Source: Terrimicrobiaceae bacterium (GTDB lineage: Bacteria; Verrucomicrobiota; Verrucomicrobiia; Chthoniobacterales; Terrimicrobiaceae). Taken from it: a stretch of DNA of 64,000 bases. Location of the stretch: assembly GCA_041752695.1 (NCBI GenBank), contig JBGSVZ010000085.1, forward strand, positions 96,001 to 160,000, in the 5' to 3' direction. Positions 47,863 through 58,202 of this stretch are shown here, in pieces (position 1 is the first letter of the stretch; each line of letters opens with the position of its first letter). A program made the translations under genes and the position numbers. The notes below the pieces were generated by a model. The model searched no databases, had not been told where the DNA came from, and was given only the letters and a program-made list of their open reading frames with translations.

Positions 47863-48582
47863 TTAGGTTCCCGGGGCGGGGGCAGGCGCGGCCGCCGGCG
47901 CAGGCGCGGCGCCAGCCTCACCCACAAGTACACGCTCTATCGCCTGAAGTTCCTTTTGCGTCCAGGGATCTTTGCGGTCCTTGGTTTCCTCCCGGATCTG
48001 CGCGACGAATTCCTTAGTGATCGGCGGGGCCTGGTTGCCCCACGTGTTGCGCACGTAGGTGAGTACCGCGGCAATCTGGTCGTCTTTCAAAACGGATCCC
48101 CACGGTGCCATGGCGTTGTTATATTGGGCACCCATCACGGTAACAGGTCCCTGCAAACCGTTCAGAACAATTTTCACAATGTGATTATCCCCATGCCAGT
48201 CTTGGGACAGCACCCACTCGCTTCCCACCAGGGGAGGGAACTGTCCGGCGACACCAAGACCACTCGTCTGATGACAGACCGCGCAGCTCTGGGTGAAAAC
48301 TTTTTTGCCCACCACCATCGGGTCAGGCGCAGCCGCAGCACCACCCGTGCCGGCCCCGTCCCAGGCCACCCGGGACGGATTAAACACATTGGCCTGAAAA
48401 CCGCCGCTGTTCCAAAAAAGGTATCCCGCACCGACAAAAGCAATCGCCAAAAAGGCAACCATCAGCCAGGGAGAAAGGGTTTCCGAACCGGTGGTCGGCG
48501 CGGACGACTCAAGCAGGAGTGGCTCGTGGGATTCCACGAGATCGGCTTCTTCCCGATTGTGAGGTGAAGGGTCGTTCGTCAC
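47863..48582 (-). CDS. Membrane-anchored monoheme cytochrome c (in the CcoP position)
   Basis: TM PWLMVAFLAIAFVGAGYL; CAVCH; FPPL.GS; NNAM distal Met. Confidence 0.88.
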   Translation of the reverse strand: MTNDPSPHNREEADLVESHEPLLLESSAPTTGSETLSPWLMVAFLAIAFVGAGYLFWNSGGFQANVFNPSRVAWDGAGTGGAAAAPDPMVVGKKVFTQSCAVCHQTSGLGVAGQFPPLVGSEWVLSQDWHGDNHIVKIVLNGLQGPVTVMGAQYNNAMAPWGSVLKDDQIAAVLTYVRNTWGNQAPPITKEFVAQIREETKDRKDPWTQKELQAIERVLVGEAGAAPAPAAAPAPAPGT

Positions 48583-48584
48583 GG

Positions 48585-49202
48585 CTATTGAAGAGGTTCT
48601 GCTTCCGGCAGCGTGTAGTTGCGTTTCAGCGAAAGAAGGTAAACCACCAGGGCCTGCGCGTCTTCCGTGGGAACCACTTCGTAGCCAGGTTGTGGGGCGT
48701 GAGGACCGGTCAGACCCTGGAGGGCAAGGGCGCTAGGCTGGCCGCTGATTTTCCGGATGTTGTAGAGGTACCGGAACGACGGCATATTCGACCCCGGCGT
48801 CACTGTCGTGGGTTCGTAAAGATGGCGATGGAACCAGGCGGCATCCGACGAAAGCAAGCCCGCGTTGGTCAGATCCGGACCGATCCGGAGACTGCCCAGA
48901 GCGGCAGGCTGTTCCCGCAAATAATCGCGGGCGACCGTGGGGCGCGGGCCAAGTTTGTTGGCCACATCATTCGAATCAGAGCGGACTTGCTGGGAATGGC
49001 AGGACACGCATCCATTGGCGGCGTAAACGCGCATTCCCGCCTCAGCGAGGCCTGGAAGCGGAGGAGGGTTCACATCGCCCGAGGCCTCATCCAAGTGCGG
49101 TGCCAATCGACCCAGTTCCACGTAGGAATAGGCCACCACTCCGATCCATGAAGCCGCGAAGGTCAAAACAATGCCGGTGATCAATGAGGGAAGCCGGTTC
49201 AT
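48585..49202 (-). CDS. ccoO: CcoO/FixO-like monoheme cytochrome c
   Basis: G..VY..NGCVSCHSQQVR, GSLRIGPDL, HLYEP....PGSNMPSF. Confidence 0.85.
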   Translation of the reverse strand: MNRLPSLITGIVLTFAASWIGVVAYSYVELGRLAPHLDEASGDVNPPPLPGLAEAGMRVYAANGCVSCHSQQVRSDSNDVANKLGPRPTVARDYLREQPAALGSLRIGPDLTNAGLLSSDAAWFHRHLYEPTTVTPGSNMPSFRYLYNIRKISGQPSALALQGLTGPHAPQPGYEVVPTEDAQALVVYLLSLKRNYTLPEAEPLQ

Positions 49203-50608
49203 ACCGTGACTCCTTTCTTTTTCACCGGCGGCAACACGTCGGCTTTTCTCAGAAGCATATCCACAAACGCCCCGGCAAATGACAAGCAGCCAAGGAAAAA
49301 GATCAGGTCTCCAATCGTACTGAGGAAACGGAAGGGTTGCACAAGATTGAGCGAGGTCAGGAACGTCACGCCGGGATCAGAAAGGGCAAAGCCCTGGATA
49401 AGGCCGCCCAGGCACAGAGAAGCAACGCTCAAACCAATACCGGTGGCCACCAGCCAGAAATGCCAACCGGTTCCCACCGGGCAAAACTCTTCGCCGGTCA
49501 GGCGGGGAATAATAAAATACATCGCGCCGAAGAGCGACATGGTGATGAATCCGAGCAGGACCAAAACGCTCTGACCCGTCACATAATCGGAGAACTGTGT
49601 CACCACGGACAAGATCGGGGCGAGCGCGTTCTGCGCCACCGCGGCCGCCATGCACACCAAGCCAAAAATTGTGAAACTCAGCGCTGGCCCTTTCACCGGC
49701 CCGCTCACCGTACCGAAGGTGTTGATTCCGATCAGGATCACCGGGATCACCAGCAGGATGCTTGCCGCCACGCCGGCGCTGACGAGCCAAGCCGGAACAG
49801 GACCACCAATCAAACTGCGCGTTCCGCTCCAACCCCCGAGGAAAGCCACGCCCCAGAAAGCCAGAATGCTCCAGGGGTAGGCGCGGATGGACCGGCCCTG
49901 GGTTTGCGGGATCACGTAATAGGCGCTGGCCAGGGCCAGAGGTGCGAGCCAGAGCCAGATCAAGTTGCTCCCAAACCACCAGGCAATGGGGGCCTGCGCG
50001 GAACCCTGCACCGGATTAACCACGAGCAGCAAGTTGGCCGTCGCGTAAAACCAGGGGAACCAGAGGAAAGCCGCCAGCAAATACCACTGCGTCACATAAA
50101 GCCCCGAGGAAGAACGGTCTCGCAGCAGCACCAGACTCCAGATGCCAATACAGGCGAAGGCCACCAACAAAATTCCCGAGGCGAACGCGGGGAACTCCAA
50201 CCCCTCGATCGAGGTGCTCATTCCACCCACAATTCCGCAGAGGCCCAGAAGCACACCGAGGTTCCAAAAAATTGCCGCCGTAATCAGAAGCTTGGATTGG
50301 TTCAACACCGTGCGACCCAGACGCGCCAGCAACCAGAGGCCGGCGCCAATGCCCGCCTGCGAGGCCCAGCCGTAGATCAGCGCATTTTCCGCCGCAGGCT
50401 GGATCCGTCCATAGGTAAGCCAGGAAATCCCGTCCAAAAAGCCAGGGTGAATCAACTTCCAGGAGGCAACGAAAGCCAGGAGGGACCCAACCACCAACCA
50501 GAAGAGAGCCGAACCGAAAAACAACATCACCGGGAGCCTCAGGGAGGCATCGGAATCCGAAGGAGCGGCAGAGAAGGGTTTCACAGCGAGAGAACTCATG
50601 GTCGTCAA
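49199..50608 (-). CDS. CcoN/FixN-like polytopic membrane protein lacking all heme/CuB ligands
   Basis: cbb3 subunit I signatures LTYGRIQP, LYVTQWY, WWFGSN, YYVIP, YFIIPRL, WHFW; ligand His positions substituted. Confidence 0.85.
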   Translation of the reverse strand: MTTMSSLAVKPFSAAPSDSDASLRLPVMLFFGSALFWLVVGSLLAFVASWKLIHPGFLDGISWLTYGRIQPAAENALIYGWASQAGIGAGLWLLARLGRTVLNQSKLLITAAIFWNLGVLLGLCGIVGGMSTSIEGLEFPAFASGILLVAFACIGIWSLVLLRDRSSSGLYVTQWYLLAAFLWFPWFYATANLLLVVNPVQGSAQAPIAWWFGSNLIWLWLAPLALASAYYVIPQTQGRSIRAYPWSILAFWGVAFLGGWSGTRSLIGGPVPAWLVSAGVAASILLVIPVILIGINTFGTVSGPVKGPALSFTIFGLVCMAAAVAQNALAPILSVVTQFSDYVTGQSVLVLLGFITMSLFGAMYFIIPRLTGEEFCPVGTGWHFWLVATGIGLSVASLCLGGLIQGFALSDPGVTFLTSLNLVQPFRFLSTIGDLIFFLGCLSFAGAFVDMLLRKADVLPPVKKKGVTV

Positions 50609-51000
50609 TTCGCCGGGGCGGGTTGCGCCGCGGGAGGGGCGGGCGGTTGCGCGGCAGGGGCAGAAACGTCAGCCGCCACAGGAGGGGGCACAATCGGGCC
50701 GGCCGGTGCCGGGGGGCGGGAGTTCAGCCTGACAGCGGCCAGCTCCATGGCCCGCGTGATCGGAATCTGCACCTGACCCTTGGCCTTGTCCACCCAGGCA
50801 AAATTGTTCAGCTTCAGGGCATTCTCGGCGAGGAGATCTTCGTGGGCTTTGGTGCGTTCCGCCGCGCGGGCGGCGTCTTCCGCCGGAGCGCCCGGGTTGG
50901 TGGCGAGCAGAAATTTGACCGCGAGGGCAAAGAGAAAAATCAGGACGAAGCCGACAAGGACGACCGGCCAGAGACGTTTGGATTGGGAAGCGGTTTCCAT
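50605..51000 (-). CDS. actG: ACIII subunit G-like
   Basis: One TM, WVDKAKGQVQIPITRAM motif, position after actF. Confidence 0.65.
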   Translation of the reverse strand: METASQSKRLWPVVLVGFVLIFLFALAVKFLLATNPGAPAEDAARAAERTKAHEDLLAENALKLNNFAWVDKAKGQVQIPITRAMELAAVRLNSRPPAPAGPIVPPPVAADVSAPAAQPPAPPAAQPAPAN

Positions 51001-52226
51001 CAGTTTTTCAGGGCGATGGATTGAGACAGGCGAGGGTCGCGTGCCGGATAAAGAGACGATTCCCCGAGCCGCTTGATGAAGACCGCCGCCAGGGTGCAGC
51101 CCACGGCGATGAGGCTGAAAACATCAAGGAAAACCGAGCCCAACGAGAAGCCTGCCTTGTGCAAGGCCGGCATGACGATGATGTACATGTCGAGCAGGTG
51201 CATGGCCAGAATCCACACCGCCATGCCGCACAGGACAAACGGAGTCCGTTTCGAGCGATTAAAAAGCAGGAAGAGGAACGGCGCAAAGAAATGCCCGATT
51301 ACCATAAACTGACTGCCGAACCACCAGGTCCCCGTATTCCGGCGGAGAAAATACACGGTTTCCTCGGGAATGTTCGCATACCAGATGAGCATGTATTGGC
51401 TGAAACCGATGTACGCCCAAAAGATCGTAAAGGCCATCATGAGTTTGCCCATGATGTGGTAGTGCTCCATCGTCACGATCCCTTTGAGGTATCCCGCGCT
51501 GCGCAGGGCCGTGGTGATGAGCACGAGGACACACATCGAGCTCAGCGCCGTGCCGGCAAAGATGTAAACGCCCCACATCGTGGAAAACCAGTGGTAATCG
51601 AGACCCATCAACCAATCTACGGCGGCGAACGTCAGACAGACCGCAAAAAGCAGAGCGCAGGAAAACGTGACGCGACGATTCAGGATCGTGTAGCGGGGAG
51701 AACCATCCTTGTCCTGCGCGATGGAGAACCCGCGCAGCAATCCCCCGCAAACCGTGAAAAACACGAAATAAAAGCCGGCACGGATCCAGAAGAACCATGG
51801 GTTGAGATACGCCGCCTTTTCGATCAACAGCGGATCGTTGGCATTTTCCGGCAGCATCCACTTCCAAAGCAGCGGAGCGACAAAAATGAGCGGGATAAAC
51901 AAGGCCGCCATCACCGGAAGAAGGCTCGCCAGGTTTTCCATCTGACGCCGCACCACAACGCTCCACTCGGCGTCGACCGCGTGGTGAACCAGCGTCCAAA
52001 ACAACCCGCCCATGCAGATTGTCAGGAAAAAGAAAAACGCAAACAGATAAGAAAAGGCAAATTGCTTGAGTCCGGCCTGATTGCCGGAAACGGCAAAATA
52101 GATGGCCGAGCCCAAGACAATGACAAAGGCTGCCACCGCAAAGGCGACAAGGCCGAGGAAACGCCCTCCGACATGTTTATAGTCGAAGAACTCCGGTTTG
52201 GGTGCGGCGTGGGAATGATCGCTCAT
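51000..52226 (-). CDS. actF: ACIII subunit F
   Basis: WSVVVRR, YLN..FF..R, DWLMGLDYHWFSTMWG, FSQYMLIWYANIPEET. Confidence 0.9.
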   Translation of the reverse strand: MSDHSHAAPKPEFFDYKHVGGRFLGLVAFAVAAFVIVLGSAIYFAVSGNQAGLKQFAFSYLFAFFFFLTICMGGLFWTLVHHAVDAEWSVVVRRQMENLASLLPVMAALFIPLIFVAPLLWKWMLPENANDPLLIEKAAYLNPWFFWIRAGFYFVFFTVCGGLLRGFSIAQDKDGSPRYTILNRRVTFSCALLFAVCLTFAAVDWLMGLDYHWFSTMWGVYIFAGTALSSMCVLVLITTALRSAGYLKGIVTMEHYHIMGKLMMAFTIFWAYIGFSQYMLIWYANIPEETVYFLRRNTGTWWFGSQFMVIGHFFAPFLFLLFNRSKRTPFVLCGMAVWILAMHLLDMYIIVMPALHKAGFSLGSVFLDVFSLIAVGCTLAAVFIKRLGESSLYPARDPRLSQSIALKN

Positions 52227-52228
52227 GC

Positions 52229-52918
52229 TTACTGAACCTCCAGCTTGGCGCGCTCGTCGGGAGGCACGTCGTCAATCGTGGCCCCGCCCTGCGAGATTTG
52301 CAGCGCGCGGAGATACGCAATGATCGCCCAGCGGTCCTGCACCTGAATGCGGTCGCCGTAGCTCATCATCGTGTTCTTGCCATGCGTGATGGTGTTGAAA
52401 ATTTCGCCGTCGGACATCACTTTGATGCGCTCCTGGATGAGGCTCTGCACCGTGCTGAGACCGAATTTATAAGCCATGCCGTTGCCCGCGCCTGTCTGCC
52501 CATGGCAAACCGCACAGGTGATATTATACCGCTCCTTGCCGCGGGCCATGACCACAGGAGTGACTTCAAAGGGAATGCCCGTGCCCCAATTCTCTCCCAT
52601 TTTCCCCGTATCCGCGTAATCGAGGGCGCCCGTAAAATTGATGTTTTTATAAGGGCTGGGATTCAGGCCGACCGAGCCGTCCGCGGGTTTGTGCTGCGGC
52701 ATCGAGTAGCCCATGGGAACGGTGCCGACGACCGGTTCGCGGTTGCCCCGGCCATCCGCGAAAAATTCGCTCCGCACCTGGGCTTTCACCTTCGGCTGAT
52801 GGTCCATGTCCGGGAAGATCTCAATGGGCGGTTTGGTGGACTTTTGTCCACGGAACCCTGCCATCGCCAGAACGACGATGACCAGAAAGGCAAAGATGGC
52901 GAAAAAATATTTCAACAT
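52229..52918 (-). CDS. actE: ACIII subunit E, monoheme cytochrome c
   Basis: PDMDHQPK, FFADG...R.PV.GTV, CAVCHG, MMSY, DRWAI..Y.RALQ. Confidence 0.9.
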   Translation of the reverse strand: MLKYFFAIFAFLVIVVLAMAGFRGQKSTKPPIEIFPDMDHQPKVKAQVRSEFFADGRGNREPVVGTVPMGYSMPQHKPADGSVGLNPSPYKNINFTGALDYADTGKMGENWGTGIPFEVTPVVMARGKERYNITCAVCHGQTGAGNGMAYKFGLSTVQSLIQERIKVMSDGEIFNTITHGKNTMMSYGDRIQVQDRWAIIAYLRALQISQGGATIDDVPPDERAKLEVQ

Positions 52919-52922
52919 GGCC

Positions 52923-53501
52923 TTAGTCTTCGTGCACCAGGGTGATGTTTTGCCCGCCGAGGGATTGCAGGAAATCCTGCACGCCCCGCTCGGAGAACTT
53001 CGGGTCGCTCGTTTCGATCACGCAGAAAAATTTGTCGTCACTGACTTTCTTAAAGCGCTCCCAATTGAACATCGGGTGGTTCAAACGCGGCAGACCATTC
53101 ATGATCAGCATGCCCAGGACCGTGGTGAAGGCGGAAAACAACACGGTCAATTCGAACATGATCGGGAAAAACGCCGGCACGGTGAACAAGTTCGTCGGTT
53201 TGCCCGCCACGATCAGCGGGTAGATGATGGAGCTCGGGATGAAGGTCAGGCCGACAGCCGTCAGGAAACCGGTGAGACCCCCGATGAAAATGATTTTTCC
53301 GAGCAGCGAGCGCTTCAGGCCCATGGCATCGTCCATTCCGTGGATCGGGAAGGGCGAAAAGACATCATACCGGGTGTAGCCCGAGTCGCGCAGTTTTTCC
53401 GCCGCCTGGAACAATTCCGTGGCCGTGTTGAACTCCGCGGCCACTCCGTAGGGCTTCGATTGGGTATCGCCTGCGATTTCCATCTCAGTGTTTCCCTCCA
53501 T
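52923..53501 (-). CDS. actD: ACIII subunit D (DUF3341)
   Basis: [27 protein letters not shown]. Confidence 0.9.
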   Translation of the reverse strand: MEGNTEMEIAGDTQSKPYGVAAEFNTATELFQAAEKLRDSGYTRYDVFSPFPIHGMDDAMGLKRSLLGKIIFIGGLTGFLTAVGLTFIPSSIIYPLIVAGKPTNLFTVPAFFPIMFELTVLFSAFTTVLGMLIMNGLPRLNHPMFNWERFKKVSDDKFFCVIETSDPKFSERGVQDFLQSLGGQNITLVHED

Positions 53502-54894
53502 GGTGCGGGTCGGCTTCCGGCAGGACAGCTTTCACCTCAAACATACAAATCATCGGCAGGAAGCGGATAAAGAGCAGGAACAACGTGCCAAAGAGCCCGA
53601 AGGTCCCGATGAACATCCAGATATCCACCCAGGTCGGGTGGAACTGGCCCCAGGCCGAAGGCGTGAAGTCCCGGGCCAGGGTTGTCGCGATGATGACAAA
53701 ACGCTCATACCACATGCCCGCATTCGGGAACTGGCAGATGATCCAGACCCAGACGAGGTGGGTGCGGAAGAATTTGAACCAGAAGATCTGTGGCGCGATG
53801 ACGTTGCAGAACATCATGGCCCAATAAGCCCACCAATAGGGACCAAAGGCGCGGAACCAGAACGCAGCGCGCTCGTAGGGATTCGCGCTGTACCATGCCA
53901 TGAACAGCTCCATGAGATAGGCGTAACCAACGATGGAGCCGGTGAAGACGATCACCTTGCACATCTTGTCCACGTGCGAAATCGTCACGAGGTCGTGCAG
54001 CGGCTTGTAGAGCGCGCAGGCGGGAATCATGATGGTGAGCACCATCGCAAAACCGCCGAAAATGGCGCCCGCCACGAAATAAGGCGGGAAAATGGTCGTG
54101 TGCCAGCCGGGAATGACCGACGTCGCAAAGTCGAACGACACCACCGAGTGCACCGAGAGCACGAGCGGCGTGGAGAGTCCGGCGAGAATCAGGTAGGCCA
54201 TCTCGTAATGGCGCCACTGACGGTTGCCTCCGCGCCAACCCAGGGCGAGGAAGCCGTAGGCAAACTTGCGGATCTTGGTTTTCGCGCGATCCCGCAGTGT
54301 CGCAAGGTCGGGGATGAGTCCGACATACCAGAACAACACGGACACGGTGAAATAGGTCGAGACGGCGAACACGTCCCAAAGCAAGGGACTGCGGAAGTTT
54401 TGCCAGATGCCGTTGGCATTCGGCACGGGGGCCAGGAACCACGCCATCCAGACACGTCCGACGTGGAGGCCGGGATAGATCGCCGCGCAAACCACCGCGA
54501 AGAGCGTCATCGCTTCGGCCGCACGGTTAATGGACGTTCGCCACTTCTGCCGCGTCAGGAAAAGAATGGCCGAGATGAGCGTTCCGGCGTGGCCGATACC
54601 GATCCAGAACACGAAGTTCGTAATGTCCCACGCCCAGCCCACGGGATGGTTGTTTCCCCAGACGCCGACGCCCGTGGAAATGAGATAAAAGATGCAGAAA
54701 CCCAGAACTCCGGTAAGCAGCAGGCAGGGGAATAAGCAGGCCCACCACCAGAGCGGAGTCTTGGACTCGACAATGGAGCTGACGTAATTGGCGATCCAGC
54801 CGTAGGTGCGCTGATTCAGAACCAGCGGCGCGCGGGTGAGCGCCGCGTGATCCGCCGTCAGATGCTCGGGAGATTTGATGTCGATGTCGGACAT
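53485..54894 (-). CDS. actC: ACIII subunit C (NrfD family)
   Basis: [66 protein letters not shown]. Confidence 0.95.
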   Translation of the reverse strand: MSDIDIKSPEHLTADHAALTRAPLVLNQRTYGWIANYVSSIVESKTPLWWWACLFPCLLLTGVLGFCIFYLISTGVGVWGNNHPVGWAWDITNFVFWIGIGHAGTLISAILFLTRQKWRTSINRAAEAMTLFAVVCAAIYPGLHVGRVWMAWFLAPVPNANGIWQNFRSPLLWDVFAVSTYFTVSVLFWYVGLIPDLATLRDRAKTKIRKFAYGFLALGWRGGNRQWRHYEMAYLILAGLSTPLVLSVHSVVSFDFATSVIPGWHTTIFPPYFVAGAIFGGFAMVLTIMIPACALYKPLHDLVTISHVDKMCKVIVFTGSIVGYAYLMELFMAWYSANPYERAAFWFRAFGPYWWAYWAMMFCNVIAPQIFWFKFFRTHLVWVWIICQFPNAGMWYERFVIIATTLARDFTPSAWGQFHPTWVDIWMFIGTFGLFGTLFLLFIRFLPMICMFEVKAVLPEADPHHGGKH

Positions 54895-57800
54895 TAGTGG
54901 TGCGCTTCCTCAGGTTTGGTCACGCCATGCGCGCCGTGAGCATCCGCGCCATGGGGGTCTCCGTGCGGTGCGCCATGGGCATCCCCGTGAGGAGCCGCGT
55001 GGGCGTCGCCGTGGGCACCATGATGCGCGTCGCCATTGGCTTTGCCGACCTTGTCCGCCCCGGGCATTTTCATGTTCGGATTCTTGATGCGGGCGAGGTA
55101 TTTCACCCGCGGGGTGACGTTCAGATAGTTGAGCATCGCGTAGCTGCGGTCGCTGCCATGCAGACGGGCGACGCGGCTGTTGGGATCCGCCTTGTTGCCA
55201 AAGACCAGCGAGTCGCTCGGACAGGCCTGCTGGCAGGCGCTCTTGAATTCGTGGATCGGAACCTCGTTTTTGTTCCGCGCGCCCGCTTCGACCAGACGGC
55301 CAATCTTGGCCTCCTCGATACGCTGGATGCAGAAGGTGCATTTTTCCATCACACCACGCATGCGCACGGTGACGTTGGGGTTTTTCTGCATCTTCGAAGA
55401 ATCCGCCATGCCCTTTTTGGTCAGCGGACCAAAATAAATCCCCTGCGCTTTCAGCGGGCCAATCTTGACGTCGTGAATCGGACGCTCGTTGTAATCGAAA
55501 TAGTTGAAACGGCGCACTTTCCACGGGCAGTTGTTCGCGCAATACCGCGTGCCGATGCAGCGGTTGTAGGCCATGAGATTGAGACCATCCTCACTGTGCA
55601 CCGTGGCATTGACCGGGCAGACCGTTTCGCACGGGGCGTTTTCGCAGTGCTGGCACATCACGGCCTGCGGGAGCATCTCGGGATCCTCGGGGTCGCCCGC
55701 GAAGTAGCGGTCCATGCGGATCCACGCCATGTCGCGATTTTTGCGAACCTGTTCCTTGCCGACCACCGGGACATTGTTTTCCGCCTGACAGGCCACCAGA
55801 CAGGCATTGCAGCCGGTGCAGGTGTTGAGATCCACCGTCATCGCCCACGCCTCGGTCTTGCTCAGCTGGGGATGGGTGTAGAGCGAAATATTGGGGGGAA
55901 TGTGGCTGTCCATCCCGATGAATTGGGCAAATTTCGGATCACCCTGGTAGCGATCGAGTGTGCCTTCACGGAAAAGATCGCGCCCGTGCATGCTCTGGGC
56001 TTCCTGCGTGCGGGCCAGCGGGTAGGAGTCTTTGGTAACGGTGATTTCGACACCCGTGCGGAAACGGGGGGAGTCACTGGTGCGCAACGGATAGGCATTG
56101 AAGCCCACCCCTTCCATCAGCGCGGAAACACCCGTGCGGCCGTAGCCGAGCGCCAGCGAAATGGAATCATCGGCATGGCCGGGAGCCACCAGCGCCGCGG
56201 CGCGGATCACATCCTTGCCCGCCTTGATTTCGATGATGTCGGAAACGATGTCGAACGTGTTCTCGTTCTTCACGTTCTCTTCCGAGATCGGGTTGATCAT
56301 GTCCGCGACCTTGTCGGTCCAGGTGAAATTATTGACGCGAACACCGAGCCGTTTGGCCGTGGCGGGGCTGATCATGGCGACATTGTCCCACGTCACCTTG
56401 GTTTCAAAATCGGGCGTTTCCTGCAGCCAGCTGTTGTTGGCGTAGCGGCCATCATCCACGCTGGAGCTTTGCAGGAAGACCAGTTCCAAACCGGCCTGGG
56501 CAGCAGCGACACCCGTCATCAATCCCGCGGCGGCGGCGGCATTGAGAGCCAGCGGGGCTTCGGTGAACTGGCTGTTGGGTTGAAACCCGACGCGCAGCAG
56601 CGAGTTCCAAGCTTCGGGACTGGTGCCGTAGGCGGCGGAGAACGTCTCTTTGACGAGTTCCGGCCCGGCTGGCTTGGGACGTCCGACGAGTTGGGCGAGA
56701 ATTTCCAGTTCGCTGACGCCGATCCAGAGCGGAAGGATCATCGGCTGAATCGCCGTGTAGGTGCCGTCGTAGGTGCGAACGTCGCCCCACGATTCGAGGT
56801 AATGGGCGGCCGGAACCTGCCAGGCGGAGAGCTTGGCGGTTTCGTCTTCGAAAAACCCAAGGCGCACCACGGTCGGCACCTTTTTCAGTAGGTCGGCAAA
56901 CCCCAGATCGGCTGGCGCGTTGTAGGCGGGATTGCCGCCGAAAATAAAGAGCGTCTTGACGGAGCCCGCGGTGATGGCTGCCGCGAGGTCTGCAATCGAC
57001 GCGGACGGAATCTCTCCTGTCGCCACGCCGGTAAGCGTCGTCCCGATCGCGCCCAGCGCGTCGTTGATGGCCAGGACCAGCGCCTGCACCCAGGCGGGCT
57101 GTTGTTCGCCCACGATCACCAGAGCACGTCCGGCGTGCGCCACGAGGTCGGCGGCACATTCCGTGACCCACTGTTCGTTAAACTGCGCGGAAGATTTCGG
57201 CGCGGCCCCGATGGCGGCGGCTAGCGAAGAACCGCCGGATTTCGCGGCGATTTTTTCGGCGAGCTGACGGGCGAATTCGCCAATATCCGACGCTTTGCAG
57301 CGCAGGCGGTGGTCGGCAAGGCCGCCCGTGTTCGAATAATGATTCTCCACCACGTAAAGGCGGTTCATCGGCGCGCCCTTCTGGTCGGGGTTGCGGCGGG
57401 GATAAAAACCCGAGGCAAATCCCACGCCCTTGTCGCTCGTGCTGGTGAATTCGCTGTCGAGCGCGAGGACGATGTCGGCGCGGTCGAATTTCGGCACCAA
57501 CCGGAATCCCTGCCCAAAGACGGCCGAAGTGGCTTTCGCCGCCTCGGCGTCGCCCAGCGGCTCGTATTCCGCCCAGATCAGACCGGGATATTTGGCTTGG
57601 AGTTCCGCCCGGAGACGGTCGCGGGTCGGGGAGTTTTTCCTCTCCACCAGAAACGCCATCCCCTGGCCACCGGATTTCGCGGTTTCGGCGAGAAAAGCAT
57701 CAAACGCCTCAACCGTCACCTCGTTGCCGCCCTGTTTGACGACCTTCAGGCGATTCGGATCGTAAAGATCCAACACGCTGGCCTGCGTGAAGGCATCCGT

Positions 57801-58202
57801 GCCGCCATTGCTGTAAGGATGAAGAGGATTGCCTTCCACCTTGGTCGGACGACCATCCACCGTGCTGACAATCAGCGGCATCGCACCCTGCCGGATCGGC
57901 ATGGCGGACGCGTAGTACAAAAATTTTCCAGGAATGGCCCACTCAACGCCCCTATTGAAAGGCACCAAGTACGACTCCGGTCGGCGGCATCCGGTCAGGC
58001 CCACGCCAGCCAGGGCCATCGAAGCCCCCATCAACTTGACAAAATCCCGCTTCGAAAGACCGGAATCCTCGTAAACTCCCGCCCCGCGCGGGAACTCCCG
58101 CTGGACCACTTCGTCAAAGCCGGGCGATTTTTCCAGCTCGGCAAAGCTGCGCCACATCGTGGGCTTTTCCGGCATGGGCGGATGGTTGAAAACGCGTTTC
58201 AT
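54894..58202 (-). CDS. actB: ACIII subunit B (molybdopterin-oxidoreductase fold + Fe-S domain)
   Basis: Tat-like SKRDFVK and [57 protein letters not shown]...ACQQACP. Confidence 0.95.
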   Translation of the reverse strand: MKRVFNHPPMPEKPTMWRSFAELEKSPGFDEVVQREFPRGAGVYEDSGLSKRDFVKLMGASMALAGVGLTGCRRPESYLVPFNRGVEWAIPGKFLYYASAMPIRQGAMPLIVSTVDGRPTKVEGNPLHPYSNGGTDAFTQASVLDLYDPNRLKVVKQGGNEVTVEAFDAFLAETAKSGGQGMAFLVERKNSPTRDRLRAELQAKYPGLIWAEYEPLGDAEAAKATSAVFGQGFRLVPKFDRADIVLALDSEFTSTSDKGVGFASGFYPRRNPDQKGAPMNRLYVVENHYSNTGGLADHRLRCKASDIGEFARQLAEKIAAKSGGSSLAAAIGAAPKSSAQFNEQWVTECAADLVAHAGRALVIVGEQQPAWVQALVLAINDALGAIGTTLTGVATGEIPSASIADLAAAITAGSVKTLFIFGGNPAYNAPADLGFADLLKKVPTVVRLGFFEDETAKLSAWQVPAAHYLESWGDVRTYDGTYTAIQPMILPLWIGVSELEILAQLVGRPKPAGPELVKETFSAAYGTSPEAWNSLLRVGFQPNSQFTEAPLALNAAAAAGLMTGVAAAQAGLELVFLQSSSVDDGRYANNSWLQETPDFETKVTWDNVAMISPATAKRLGVRVNNFTWTDKVADMINPISEENVKNENTFDIVSDIIEIKAGKDVIRAAALVAPGHADDSISLALGYGRTGVSALMEGVGFNAYPLRTSDSPRFRTGVEITVTKDSYPLARTQEAQSMHGRDLFREGTLDRYQGDPKFAQFIGMDSHIPPNISLYTHPQLSKTEAWAMTVDLNTCTGCNACLVACQAENNVPVVGKEQVRKNRDMAWIRMDRYFAGDPEDPEMLPQAVMCQHCENAPCETVCPVNATVHSEDGLNLMAYNRCIGTRYCANNCPWKVRRFNYFDYNERPIHDVKIGPLKAQGIYFGPLTKKGMADSSKMQKNPNVTVRMRGVMEKCTFCIQRIEEAKIGRLVEAGARNKNEVPIHEFKSACQQACPSDSLVFGNKADPNSRVARLHGSDRSYAMLNYLNVTPRVKYLARIKNPNMKMPGADKVGKANGDAHHGAHGDAHAAPHGDAHGAPHGDPHGADAHGAHGVTKPEEAHH

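Noticed and set aside
48585..50608. Functional cbb3-type oxidase or NO reductase
   Set aside because: No His ligands for hemes or CuB/FeB in the subunit I homolog.
49199..50608. ccoN pseudogene
   Set aside because: Full length, no stops or frameshifts, coupled to both neighbours; not fully excluded without dN/dS.
54894..58202. Active molybdoenzyme
   Set aside because: Context and motifs identify ActB, known to lack Mo cofactor.
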